Counted from the first letter of the stretch, positions 37,501 to 49,560 are shown. The stretch: DNA of 64,000 bases from Takakia lepidozioides (GCA_030704615.1 CM060731.1:48670001-48734000), one strand, 5' to 3'. Notes: generated from the letters alone by a model not told the origin. Program-made: numbers and translations.

Positions 37501-39504
37501 CACAACAACAGTGACCGATTGACTTTGTTCATTAACTTTGATAGATTGTATGGTTCGCAGAGAGGCACAGGAGCTGGAGAGGAAGGTCCTCGAATTGATA
37601 CTCTAGTGTTTGGGAAAGAGTATGGCCAGTCAGTAGCGGCAGGGGTGCCAATGGATGTGAAACAAATCAAGGAGGCTGCTGGTACTATAATGAGGTCCCA
37701 GGTCACCATTCCCAGTGCATGTGGTGATGAGAGTGCCACTACTCCCACAGAGGTACTGTCAAGTGGGGCCCACAATGTGCAACATGTCAACAGGCCTAGC
37801 TCAAGCGTCCATAGCTGTGTTTCTTCACACGATGAGAAGGAAAATGCAGCTGCTATGGCCAAACCAGTGCCCGCAACAGTTTCTCCTCAGCGCCCGGTTG
37901 CATCAACCTTTGGTCGTTTGGCTATCCAGACAAAGCAGCAACACCCCTCAATTGATGTCCAGCATCAGCAACCATCTGGTGAGGGGCCATTTTTGAAATT
38001 CACCCATGAGAATGAAGAGGCAGGGGAGGCGGAGGCTCCAAAACCTGCTAGGTCACGATTGAATGGCCAACACCTAGGGCAAGCCCAAGTTGATTCTCAG
38101 GAGAAAATGCAGCTCGACTTGAGAGTCTGGCAGGCGCCTCCATGTCAATCTGAGCAGTGCAATGGGCAGCCAAGGCTTGCCAAGGTCGAAACACCACAAG
38201 CAAAACCTCACACCGGATCTGATGCCCTTGTAGGAGTCGGATCTTCAAGAGAGTCACAAAATTCGCTACAACCTCACAGTGATGTTACTGGCAGAAGTTC
38301 CCCGCAGCAGCAGCTTGGGGTCCCTTCCTGCGAGCACTCTCCGCAGAAAGATGGATCTGCAGCTGCATCCACTGCACAAGAACCCATGAGTATCCAAGGA
38401 GGAGTCATCAATGTGTCAAGCGTGTACTCCCAAGGGTGAGCGGTGGTCTTCGTAGTCATGTGAACAGATAAAGCCTGTCAGTTAGAGTGGATGTGTATTG
38501 GACATGGGGTGCAATAGACTCTTCTTACCACTAGATAGTTATCCCAGGAGTCCGATGTGCTATTGATGCTTCTGCTCTTGCCAAACCACTCCTGAGGAAC
38601 TTTGTGTGTAGTTTTCTCTAAAAGTGGACTTAGACATCACTTTCTCTGACGCTTGTATACTCATGAAAGCTGAAAATTGTTGTGCATGGCAGGTTGCTGG
38701 ATACATTGACCAGGGCATTGCAAAGTTCAGGATTGGATTTGACACAAGCAAACATCTCAGTCCAAATAGACCTGGGGAAAAATACCGTTGTCTCTGCTGC
38801 TGATACTTCTGCCAAGGTTTGTCTTTTCACTCTGGAAGCAAATGTTAACTGGGCCAGGCTCAGCAATCACTGGTCCATGAGTGGTGGAAAGCTTATGATT
38901 TCATCCCCTCTTCATTTGTGTGAGAAATTTTGGCAAGAAATGAGTGCATTGTGAGGACGATTGTGAGGATAGATGTTTCGGTTTTCATTCTCCCACTTGA
39001 TAGTGTAATTTCATTGGAGAAGAGTGAAAGTCAGGTCAGTAAGTTGTGTTTCTACCATCCACACTATGGTGAAGAAAGGACAGTGTCATCTATGTTTGGA
39101 AAAAGGATATGGAAAATACCATTCCAGTGATGAGTAGCCCATCATGCTAGTGGCAAACACTTCATGGATATGGCAACTTGAGACTATTGCTACTGCAGTT
39201 ATTATGAGCCCTTGGTCGAATCACAACAGTTCTTGTCAAAGTCACGGTTGGAGAGAGGTTCTGATATCCCTTGTCTCCATGAACATGCATTCAAATCAGA
39301 CAAGAAAGTGGGATCCAAATCAGATTTCAAGTGGACACTTGTTTGTCTAACTGACAACATTGTTTGCATTTGTCACACCAGGTACGGACGACGCCCGAGT
39401 CCTCAGCCCAAAGCCATCAATCGCAAGGGCCTACAAGACCAGCCGTGTCTGCTTTGGAGGCAGAACGACCTCTCAAAAGGCCCAAGGTTGAGACGGAACA
39501 ATGA
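34523..39504 (+). CDS. BIM1: BIM-type (BES1-interacting Myc-like) bHLH transcription factor, about 10 exons
   Basis: The spliced bHLH reads RSKHSATEQRRRSKINDR|FQMLRELVPHSDQKRDKASFLLE|VIEYIQVLQDKV (exons 36587-36695, 36803-36872 and 37118 to about 37225). The BIM C-terminal motif reads IQGGVINVSSVYSQG|LLDTLTRALQSSGLDLTQANISVQIDLGK. The stop is at 39502-39504. Some internal exon limits are uncertain, and the symbol indicates family only. Confidence 0.92.
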
Positions 39505-41095
39505 TAAGTGGAGGAGGTGTGGCAAATGGTCCAAGTGTGCATCATTTCCTATGTAATAGCCTGGTCTTGGTATCCTGACCATGCCTGACATAGCATGCTT
39601 CAAACGTCAGATGCTCCTGAAGTGTTCAAAACCACAATAAGGGCACCATGCAAATCATGTATATCTTGGTCTTCTTGTAGAACTTCAGAATTGCTGTCCT
39701 GCAAGGGGCTTGCATTGTAGAGATTCATTTAGGATTCAGTAAAGCAGATGAATATCAGTCACATGTAGCTTGTTCATGCATGGGAAGTAAGTTACTGTCA
39801 TACAGGTTGTGGGGTTAGCAGGAGGCCAATTTGCAATCTCTATTGAGATTTTTTTTAAATCTCACAGCATGACATGAGATAGGCTAGTCACTTCTGGCTG
39901 CCAATCACTTGTACATATTTCTTTTAGCTGTGATCAAAGGTTTGCCATCCCCTGCCATCATGTACACTAGTCACTTCGTATTCCAACCATGCCAACAATA
40001 AAGCGCTTCTATGTAATGGGGGGTGCTGTGTCCACCTAGCTTGTCATAGTCTGTCATTTACATATAACCACGCATCTGGGACTCAGTTTAGCTCACCGGG
40101 TTGACCTTGCCACCACATCAAGACCAATCTAGACTTGCTTAACATTTAACCATTGAAACACAACCTCTTCGTGTTGAGGGCTGGATTTCCTAGGACTTGT
40201 CTGTATAATTTGATCTTCTGTGCCCACACCTTTGAGATATTCAGTTGCTTTGGTTGATTGTGCGGGTGGATATGAAATTTACTGGAACCACAACAGACTC
40301 TTTCCATGCCTAGGTGGTTGCTTAGTATGTGAGACTACTTTGAGGATGTGACCTTTGCTTGCAACGAAGTTGAGGGTGATCTGCCTGATTTTTTCACTTA
40401 GGTGAGTTAGGTACAAGTTGCCAAGGATCCATGGCCCCACCCCCACACTAAGTTTAGATCATGATTCTTGAGGACGCACTTACCTCCAGTCTGCAAAATG
40501 TTTTGGTGCTGATGTCTTGACTTCTGAGCTGTTCTCCAAGCAGCTGCATTCCCAGACCCTAACATACATGTTAGAGGAGAAAAAGGTTTTAGGAAAGAGA
40601 GGAGATCACACAGATTGTGGCATGGACCCTGGATCAAGATCTTCAGACCAGGTTTGTGGTCCAACCAAGAGCTTTTCTGCTTTCTTAAAATATGTGCTTA
40701 GTGGCCCCATACCACTAACCATATAGATTGAAGGACCAGTATTCTGATTACCAACATGTCAGTAGTTCCTAGTAGAGTCTGAAACAGAGGCAGAAATGAG
40801 TTAAATCGCTGAAGCAGAAGTTCACAGACTCTGAAAGTCACTAGACCTGTTCGTTAGATATGGACCACAAGACATCATGTGTATATGGACCCATCAATAC
40901 AACACATGGCAGCACTTTGCTCCAATTGCATCAAAACGCAGTATTGGAGTTTGATGTGGAGTTACTTCTGATTAATAACACATTTCTCCCCCTCAAGGCC
41001 CAGTTGTGGGCGTTTTGTTTTATGTTTTTTTGAAAAAAAGGGGTCAGAGGCCCTGGGGCAGACTCTGCCCTTATAGTTCATGTTTTCAATTAGAA

Positions 41096-41518
41096 CTAGG
41101 GTAGCCTGTGCCGTTGGCCCAAGTGTCCAGGATCATCTAACCCCAAGTGCAATCTACTATGCATTCAAGTGCTTCTCCTATGTCTAGGCCCAAGTGTGGC
41201 CTCCAGGGTAGCATGTGGGGGTTCGCCCCAAGTGTTCAAGTGCAATCTCGTATGTATCCAAGTGCACCTCCTATGTCCAAGCCCAAATGCGACCTCTAGG
41301 GTAGCATGTGCCGTTGGCCCAAGTGTCCCCTGTCATCTAAGTCCAATCATTTTTTTTCCACAGAGCCTACGACCAGATTTGAACCAGAGACCTTTCCCTT
41401 GATATCTCGAGGCTCCAACCATTGTCCCAGGAATGCCCACTTACCATTTTTGCGACCAAAAGCACTTTTTTGGGACATCTCAACGTGACAAAATAAAACA
41501 AACATCTTGCTTCATAGA
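41096..41518 (-). mobile_element. Small non-autonomous Helitron with triplicated 3'-end unit and a tRNA-like fragment
   Basis: The minus strand starts A|TCTATG at 41518 and ends with an imperfect hairpin followed by CTAG|T at 41096, with no TSD. A unit of about 100 bp is repeated three times. A GGTTCAAATC B-box lies near 41372. Confidence 0.72.
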
Positions 41519-41589
41519 TTGATAGTTAATTAAAATACAGGAAAAGTTTTTACATTGAACTGAAATTTGGTTATAAATATGATATATAT

Positions 41590-42188
41590 GAGTATTGGAC
41601 TGGTATATGGTCTGAGGCCTGGTATATGTATTGGTCTCAATACTGGTATTTGACGGACCAGCCTGGTCTAGGGTTGGGCATTACCCATGCCCATACCAGG
41701 GTACCACATACTACTAAATCTTTGGAAGATATGTTTAGATACCACACCAGTCTGGTATCTCTTGCCTGGTATGAATCTGTTGTCTATAAGGTGTTGCTAT
41801 ATGTAGGTACAAGGCACTGTTTTGGGCTTGAGGTAGATCACAGGAGGTTACTTTTATTTTGCTGCACCACTTGAAACTTTGGGACACATAACTTTGCATG
41901 GCTGCCTTCTACTTGTACACAGATTCATGTGATGTGTGTCTAGTTTGAACATGGCTGCCTTCTTTTTGTAGCTTCTCAATCAATACCAGTGTTCATTATA
42001 TATACCAGCAGGTATTACGTTAAGCATACTCATATTCACCAGTGTATCATGAAACTGTAATGCATCAATTACTAGGACCAGACTGGTAAATCAAACTATG
42101 CCGGGTACTAGTCTGGTATCTCATTGCTTAAGAGATATATACCAGGACGAGACTGCTATGTAATATACTTGATATCAGTTCAACACTG
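41590..42188. mobile_element. Older hAT-type MITE (ATACCAG-repeat family)
   Basis: Degenerate TIRs GAGTATTGGACTGGTAT and ATATCAGTTCAACACTG match the 48174-48648 copy. The flanks are ATATATAT and GTACATAT. Confidence 0.65.
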
Positions 42189-43714
42189 GTACATATGTTG
42201 ATTTCACCACTTGTCAAAGATCGACCGTTACGATCTTGTAGATCCTCCAGTTTTGATTATTGTGTCAGGGCAGGTGGGCCTCCAATCCTGCGGTGGAAAG
42301 GACTGGTTCGTCCCGAGATTGGAGCTGGGGGTTCCCTTTCAAGGGGTTAAAGAGGCTGCATTTCAGTTCTGCGACTCAAGGGTTGGTACATAACAGAGTC
42401 GAGCTCGAGGAGTCGAGTTGAGGATCGATTGAAATCTGGTGAGGCTGCTGTGGAATGCAGGCAGGCAGGAAGGCACGAATTTGATGTGTTGCAGGGTGCA
42501 CTTGTTTCATGCTTGACGCACTTACTTCCTGTATATTCGTGGCCTTGTGACGGGCTTGTGAATAGTTTTGTTTCAATGAGTTTCTATGTTTTGTGATTGC
42601 AATAATATTGTGATTCAGATCGTCAGTCTTCCTCTTTTTCTTTGAATCCGTGAGTCATGCAGACGAGCTGGGTGTGGCTTCGGCAGATTGATCTCGTTGG
42701 AGACGGAATGTGTAGAAGTTGCACCGATCTCTGCACTTGTCGGTAAGGTACCCTCTGCGCCACAGAGTGGCGCGCTGCAGTCTATGGCGGATACGTGGCT
42801 TTCTTGGCAGTAATATAGATTGCGTAGATGGCATAGCTTCTAACTTCGGGCTTGAATACTTTCTCAGATGTGGAAGTGGACTCCCGTCAGTCCGATGAAT
42901 TGGGTACTAATTGAGGAGCTGATGTCGGTTTGGATGTCTGTAGTGCTTCTTCAGCCTAAGTAGCTTGTTATTCGTGATTTACTTTTCAAGGTGAAAGGTA
43001 CTGGATGGCGTGGTTTCAAATCCCAGGCAACTTGATTATCAGGCTATGTACACTCTATGGCGGTAATGTCATCTGAAGGAAGATGGAATACCCCAGAATC
43101 ACAGACAAGGCACACGTTCATGTTCAGAAGGTGCCACCAGCGTGACCAATGTCTAAGAAAGCGACTTGGGTCGTGCTTGTTGGCGATGGAATGTGCACCA
43201 TGGAAGGCTACGGCCTTTGTATGGAGCTTTCCGAGAGCTTTCCATGTCTACTGCACAGCATCTATTGAGGTGGGAGATGGGAGGCTCACAGCTGTGTGAA
43301 ATAAAAAGTCCTTCATTTTGTGTAATTTCAAACCTGAAAGCCGGCTCTACCGTGGATCACGCCTGTCGAAAAGGATAGTTTCAGCCTTCTTGCATAGAAA
43401 GGATACACGGAGATGTTCGTGGGCAATAGCTAGTGTTGGAAGCTCATGGTCAGATCGTCAAGCTTTCTGAGCAACTAGCACATTAGGTTTTTTTTGTGGC
43501 TGTGGACATGCATCAGAGCTTTACCCTCCTTGCTCAGCTCATTGATCACGTGTTGTAATAATTTCATTGCCCACTGAACTGCAGGCTATCTGCTGCTTAA
43601 AACTAAAGAGCGACGTGAGGCCACCCGCGACCATTTTCCGCCTTCTTTTTGCATACCAGGCTCATCGTTGCCCCTCCAATTGTTCTGTTCCGCCGGATAT
43701 ATCAGCCTGCTCAA

Positions 43715-44245
43715 ATGACGAATGTGACTTTAATTGATCAGGGCTCGCATGCAGTCTCGAGCAGCAGCTTGGGACTTGTGATGTTGTGGGTCAGACTGGC
43801 AGTCATTGCTCTTGTGGTCTTCATGTACACGTGCGGGCTTCCAATGCTCGGTTTCGTCGCGACTGGCATCGTGCACGGATCCTACGCTCTATGGTTGTCC
43901 AGCATCGCCGTCGCCAATGGAGGAGCAGTGGTGGCAGGCTCTCTCTTCTCAGTGCTCCAAAGTATTGCCATGGGAGGTATTGCTGTGTGGCCTGTGCTCC
44001 TAGCCGTGCTTGGTGTCTTGATCTTTGGAGGGTATGAGGCCTTCATCTGGGCAGCACCAAAGGCACGTCAGTGGTGGATCGACTTGCTGCAATGGTCCCA
44101 CACCTGGTGGAACGATACCTTCATCTGGGCAGCACCAAAGGCGCGTCAGTGGTGGATCGACTTGCTGCAATGGTCCCACACCTGGTGGAACGAAGTGGCG
44201 GTTCGAAATGTCAAGAGTAAGCCACCATACCCCGTGACTCACTAA
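43715..44245 (+). CDS. ISG12/IFI6/IFI27 (Ifi-6-16)-like membrane protein; start codon and upstream exons uncertain
   Basis: LGFVATGIVHGSYA...AVANGGAVVAGSLFSVLQSIAMGG matches the ISG12 motif (GF...GI..GS.AA......ANGGGV..GS..A.LQS). It has flanking hydrophobic helices and a possible splice acceptor at 43741. Confidence 0.7.
   Translation: MTNVTLIDQGSHAVSSSSLGLVMLWVRLAVIALVVFMYTCGLPMLGFVATGIVHGSYALWLSSIAVANGGAVVAGSLFSVLQSIAMGGIAVWPVLLAVLGVLIFGGYEAFIWAAPKARQWWIDLLQWSHTWWNDTFIWAAPKARQWWIDLLQWSHTWWNEVAVRNVKSKPPYPVTH
44040..44193 (+). repeat. In-frame 78-bp tandem duplication
   Basis: FIWAAPKARQWWIDLLQWSHTWWN is repeated twice, with one synonymous A/G difference in the core. Confidence 0.95.
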
Positions 44246-44808
44246 ACACGGAAAGGATTGTCTTGCCAAGTTTCTCTCCAAATGGTCTTCATGTGCACGA
44301 CATTCTCATCTTCTCCCGAAATCACATGGAGGAGAGAATACGAGGTGGGTACTGAATTTGCTTCTGAACAACGCTGGGTCGGGGCTGAAATGTTGAGTTT
44401 GTTCCTGATACTTAGTTGCATGCTTTCATAGCAGGCTGAACTGTGAGGCCGTCATGCACAAGGCTGCAGACCAGACAGAGTCAAGTAATTTTGTAAATGC
44501 AAGCTTGGCTTCTGCTTTGATTTGTGACCGGACGGTCTTGTGGGTGGGTGATATATTGTGCTCATTTGTAAAACTGGTTGGCTTTCACTTTACTCACTGC
44601 CGTACCGTAACAAAGGTGGATAAATATTCATGGAATAAATAAGGATCTGCAAGCAGGGTCCCTTAGAAAATAAAAATTTGGAACCCGAACCTGAACCTAT
44701 TTAATTAGAAACTCTTTTACTATGTACTAGAATCATTTTTGCACGATCAAAAGTTTTAAGAAAACAGCCATGAAAGAACTCGTATGGGGAAAAGTTACCA
44801 CGGTAGGA

Positions 44809-45094
44809 GCAGTGTGGCCTGTGCCGGTGAGCACATAATCGCCAGAAAATAAAACCTAATTTGCCATTATTCAAGAATTTTTATTGACAAAAAATACTTG
44901 AAATTCAAGATCTCCAACACCTAAAAAAATGTCAAACCCATCTCGGTACACCCCTACCCCCCCCCCCCCCCTCCCATCGAGGGCTTTTCAGCGTATCAAG
45001 ACATGGGACGGAGTCCTTGCGATTTGGGAAATCTCAAGGACGCTACAAAATAAACAAATCAAAACAAAACAAACTACCAAACTTCACATATGGA
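44809..45094 (-). mobile_element. Second small Helitron-like element
   Basis: Both ends resemble the 41096-41518 element: a 5' A|TC..GAAG..TTTGTTT..TTGAGAT.TCCCAAA end and a 3' CGGCACAGGC.AC end. The terminal CTAG is degenerate. Confidence 0.5.
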
Positions 45095-45186
45095 TTGGTG
45101 TGGTGTATCAATAGCAAGACTTTTGGAAAACTGCACATCAGCTGGTAAGTGCATAGTGTGTCGCCCTGGTGGTTCAGGGTTCAAAC

Positions 45187-46119
45187 CAGTGTACCAGTGT
45201 TGTGCGGGTCCGGGTTTTTGAAGGCTGGTACTCGGCGGGTACTTGGCGGGTTAGGATCCGGGTTACCCGGACCCGTGCTATCACAAAAAACCAGGACCCT
45301 GACCCGGGTTCATTCCTAAAATAAACCCGGAACCGAACCCGGAGCCGTCTGCTGGGTCCAGAACCCGGTAAACCCGCTCCCCACAGGCCAATGTAGCGGG
45401 TCAGGGTCCGAGTCTTAAATTTAGATGGGGCATACTGGGTCCACCTTGGATCTGGTAGGTTTTGTCATATGTGTGGAGGGGACCAGCAGCAATAGGCCGC
45501 AGCAGCCAGCCCCACCACGTTGTAGCCCAGTGGCAATGCCCACATACCACCTCAAAAGCGGTTGTGGGTTCAATCCCCCGAGTGGTGTCACAAAGTTGTG
45601 CCCTCTGGGACCATAATTTAAAGGAGGTGTCATATTATTATTAGGCCAGATCCCACACATCCATGCTATAGTGATCTACCCTTGAGGCATATTACTATTC
45701 TTAACATGTTTAAAGAATTGATATTGAAAAATAGAAAAGGGAACTCAAACTTCTATTTTAATTCTTATTCGTGGTATACATATTCATATTCATGGTATAT
45801 TTTGAAGGAATGTCTCTTAAAATCAAATTCATTATTGGATTTAAAGTTTTTTCCAGCCAAAAATAATTTTATCCCTAATTAATCTTATTTTCTAATTTGT
45901 TTAATCAATAAATTAGGACCCGGATCCGAACCTGTGAACCCGCTAATATTTCCCAACAACTACCCGGACCCTAACCCGAGTCCGTGTTGACAAACCCGGA
46001 CCCAAACCCGGACCCGGATTCTCCAAAGTTCAAAAACCCGGATCCGGACCGGGCTCCGAGAAAAAACCCCTACCCAGACCCGGCTGGTTCCTTAAAAAGG
46101 CAGAACCCCCACAACACTG
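45187..46119. mobile_element. hAT-type MITE (ACCCGG-repeat family) inserted in a SINE B-box
   Basis: TIRs CAGTGTTGTG (45195) and CACAACACTG (46119). The 8-bp TSD GTTCAAAC lies at 45179-45186 and 46120-46127. An extra 8-bp duplication ACCAGTGT sits at the left end. Confidence 0.9.
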
Positions 46120-46127
46120 GTTCAAAC

Positions 46128-46350
46128 CAGTGTTGTGTGGGTAAATCATTTACCCGGATTTACCCGGAGGGTAAATCAGGGTAAGGGTAAATGATTTACC
46201 TGGGTTGGCCCATTTCCTTTACCCTTACCCTTCAGACGGGTAAATAATCTGAGATACCCTTACCCGTCCGAAGGATAAATAATATCCATATACCCTTTGC
46301 CCGCGGGTAAATATATATTTTTGGAGGGTAAATAGCAAAAGGGTAAATGA
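46128..46350. mobile_element. Truncated hAT-type MITE (GGGTAA-repeat family)
   Basis: Starts with CAGTGTTGTG immediately after GTTCAAAC and has GGGTAA/TTACCC subterminal repeats. No right TIR is visible. Confidence 0.78.
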
Positions 46351-46365
46351 CAAACTATAGCATAT

Positions 46366-46595
46366 CATCAGCTGGTAGCTCAGCTTGTGAGTGCACAGTG
46401 TGTCGCCTTGGTGGTTTGGGGTTCAAACCAGCTGCCCTGCCTGGTGTGTGGATCGTTCATGACCGGGGGGTGACGTTTCCCACCTGTGTGCCTAATGGCT
46501 TATCTGAAAGGGGGTTAATTTTTCCCCCTCCTCAAGGGCCTGAATTGTGAGCAGTCGCTCCCAGGTTTCCCTTAACAAAAAAAATAAAACAAAAA
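46366..46595 (+). mobile_element. tRNA-derived SINE (uninterrupted copy); the head of a second copy lies at 45136-45186
   Basis: A-box TAGCTCAGCTTG (46376), B-box GGTTCAAACC (46420) and an A-rich tail. Confidence 0.72.
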
Positions 46596-47269
46596 CCGAT
46601 ATCAGGGCATTATCGATATTGGTCTGATATTAGAAAAAACTCAATATATCCATTATATATCCATATATTGGTCTGACATTTATCCATCGGTTATTTTTTT
46701 CTGGCAAAAAATAGCCAGATATTTTTGGGGGGGAATTGAACAATTCACCAGCATGCGCCAGCAGTTGCGTATCATGAGGTTACTTTTGCCTATGTGGACT
46801 TATCAAAACATGCCACCTGTTATATTGCCACTTTTTCTAATCCTACCACCGCGGTATTTTTGCCACATGGACGCTGGGTAGGGTAGAATTTACATGTGTC
46901 TGTGGCGATTTTGGAAAGAAAAAACACTGATATTGATTGTATACATTATATATCCAATATCGATTATATCGATTGTGCCGTGTGCACCGTCGATACTCAT
47001 CTAGGTTTTTCTACTCCTACTTCACGTCCTACTTCTACGATCGTCTCTACATGTGGCCTCACATTTCACCCATTCAACGTCCGTGCCCTCCCGCCTCATT
47101 CGCCACTCCAATGCTGTCCCTTCTTTCGACCTTCAGGAACAGCCCCTGCCAATTGGGACCCTTATTTGTTCAACACAAAATGGATCTGATATTGATATCA
47201 AGTATCAAGTACCAAAATTTCAACCATCTAACATGCTGGGAGCTCATTCAGTAATCTTTCACCAACAGT

Positions 47270-47650
47270 GGGTGAGGATCAAGAAGTAAATTGGCGTCAC
47301 AAGAGATCTTTTAGGAAGACGAGATCTAGAGCTCATCTCTCCTTCCAGCCTTACAAGTCTAAGCGTGGTAGCTGCTAGCAGATCCAACCACCCTTGCATG
47401 CTCTTACTGCTCCTGTTTTTTGGGTGCCTCCTGGTGGCTTCGTAGTTTAGTTTGGTACGGTACCCCCTCGGTACCTCTCTTCTCTTCAGACTCTTGTTTT
47501 GGTCACGAAGCATAGTCTTCCTGGGTCAGCCTCTATGGCACTCATGGCAGAGGTTATTTTTTCCTCTATGTTCCCCTCGGATTTTTACATCCATCATATA
47601 TATAAAGTTTGAGGCCCTCCTCCCTCTTCTCTAAGAAAAAAAAAAAAAAA
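47270..47650 (+). mobile_element. Possible poly(A)-tailed retroelement 3' fragment
   Basis: A pyrimidine-rich UTR-like stretch ends in an A-run of about 15 nt at 47650. Confidence 0.35.
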
Positions 47651-47819
47651 CATGCTTGTAGGTGCCGCCTAGAGTATTACCTAGTAAACACAATACCCAG
47701 CCCGATACGAGTATATGCGAGGACGTAGTGGTGCTAGATGCTAGACTGGGTCTTGTACTTCATAGCAATGTATATATTAGTATTGATACCAGTTTGTTAT
47801 CAGTATAGCAGTCCAACAT

Positions 47820-49560
47820 TCCTTTGGAACAACATTGCTGATCACATAATATCTAGGGGTCTACCAGTCGTTGACCCGAGACTTTGGTGGGCTGACACTA
47901 TCAAGACCGTTGGGCGGGACCGTGCAGAATGATGTTTGCAGGGGGTGGTTGATAAAGACCAGTGGGAGTATGGGGAGAGCGTTGATGAATGGCCAAATCA
48001 TTGAGGGTATGGAGCAGAACAGAAGGCAATGTTCCATGGATTCCGAAACCCCTAAGTGGCAACACTTGCACACTATTGCCTCTGTGAAGTTCAGCCAAGC
48101 ACCCACTTTGAGAACTCTATTCGCCACTTGCCACAGGAAAAAGGCGCTTTGTTTTGCCGGTATCTGTTTGTTCCAGTGTTGGACTGGTATCAAGTTTTTT
48201 ACATACCAGACTGGTCCTGGTACCAGGCTTATCACAAAACTTCCATACCAGTCTGGTCTATATAGTGGTGGATGTATTTTTTTTCCAGATACTGGTATGA
48301 ATATGAGTATCATGACCACAATACCAGCTGGTATGAGATGTCAACTCTGGTATCATTCCAAAGCCATCTTGAGTTACAAATTTATCAAATGGCAAGTATC
48401 AAATGAAAACAAATAAAACATACATAAGGAAATAAATATACTTAAGTACACATATATAGGCATATGTACACATAAATTAATTCAGTACACATATAGAGTA
48501 AATGAGGAAGACGGTGGGGGAGTACTGGTATTGTGGCTGGTATGAAAGAAATGATACCAGCCTGGTCTGGTATATGACCAAGTATACCAGACTGGTCTGG
48601 TATCTAATACCAGTGCATATACCAGTATTATATACCAGTCCAACACTGGTTTCTTCCATATATTTGACCAGATAGGTCCCATTTTTCCTGATGGAAGCCA
48701 TGATTGGCCCATCTATCGTCCCATTTTGACTGGAGCTGGTCAGTTTTAGGGAGAGTTCGGTAGGCTGCGCTTGCAGCGTACCGAAAGAAGGGGAGCTGGG
48801 TGTCTTTGAATTGCCAGCACCATTCTTCCAGATCCACGTTAATGCCCATAATTGGGCAGCCTTCGATCCAGACGAACAGGTTTGAGGAGAGCCAGACTGG
48901 TAGAGGCAGGTTATGGGGCCCTTTTGGGTTCATAACCTTTTCCTGTGAGGACCATTGGCAGACTGTAAGAGGTTTGAATTGACCAGCAGATATTGAAATG
49001 GGGTTGTGCGATTGAAGCTGTAGCGTGTTGGATGAGTCTTGCCTGTTTAGCAGCATTCCATGTATGCAGTTGGCCTGAGATTGAGTAATGTAAATGACAT
49101 GGTTGGGAGATGTGGTGCAACATGGTTCAGGGCCACTGTTAAGGGTTTGAATCCAGTGAAGTGGGATTGATTGGAGGAGCGGGTTATACCCTGCCTTGTG
49201 AGATTGAGAGGCAGTCCCAAGCTGCCCATTTTGCGTCCCCATTCTTTGGATTGCAGGGGCGAGCTGTAGAGGATGTGAGGGAAAATGAGGTGTTTCCACT
49301 AGTCGCCCTCGCAATTGATCTCCCAAGGAGGCTACACACAACTAGACATACCAGGTAGTAGCCATGCATTGCCATTAATGTTAGGTAGAATGGTATGGAT
49401 ACTGATCCGGGATCTGTGAGACTCCAACAACTCTGGATGCCCATAGTTTCCCATTCTTGTGGCCCATTGCTCCAGACCTTGAGGGAGATCCTTTAGGTAA
49501 GGGTGGAATTCCAGCCTTTTTGCTTTCAAACATAATGGAAAAAAAACCAGTCCTTGGGGG
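47820..49560 (-). mobile_element. Degenerate L1-clade LINE ORF2 C-terminal fragment
   Basis: After removing the MITE the frame reads IWSNIWKK|QIPAKQSAFFLWQV...CKCC...ESMEHCLLFC (zf-RVT-like). Boundaries are approximate. Confidence 0.7.
48174..48648. mobile_element. hAT-type MITE (ATACCAG-repeat family)
   Basis: Perfect 17-bp TIR CAGTGTTGGACTGGTAT, with an 8-bp TSD GTTTGTTC / GTTTCTTC. Confidence 0.9.

Noticed and set aside
37119-37862. 247-aa antisense ORF
   Set aside because: It is a shadow of BIM exons and introns with no domain signal.
42600-43700. Upstream coding exons of the ISG12-like gene
   Set aside because: Splice-like sites exist, but I could not assemble a stop-free reading frame by eye.
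46128-46350. Telomeric repeat array
   Set aside because: The GGGTAA/TTACCC units are dispersed in both orientations after a hAT TIR, so they are subterminal repeats and not TTTAGGG arrays.
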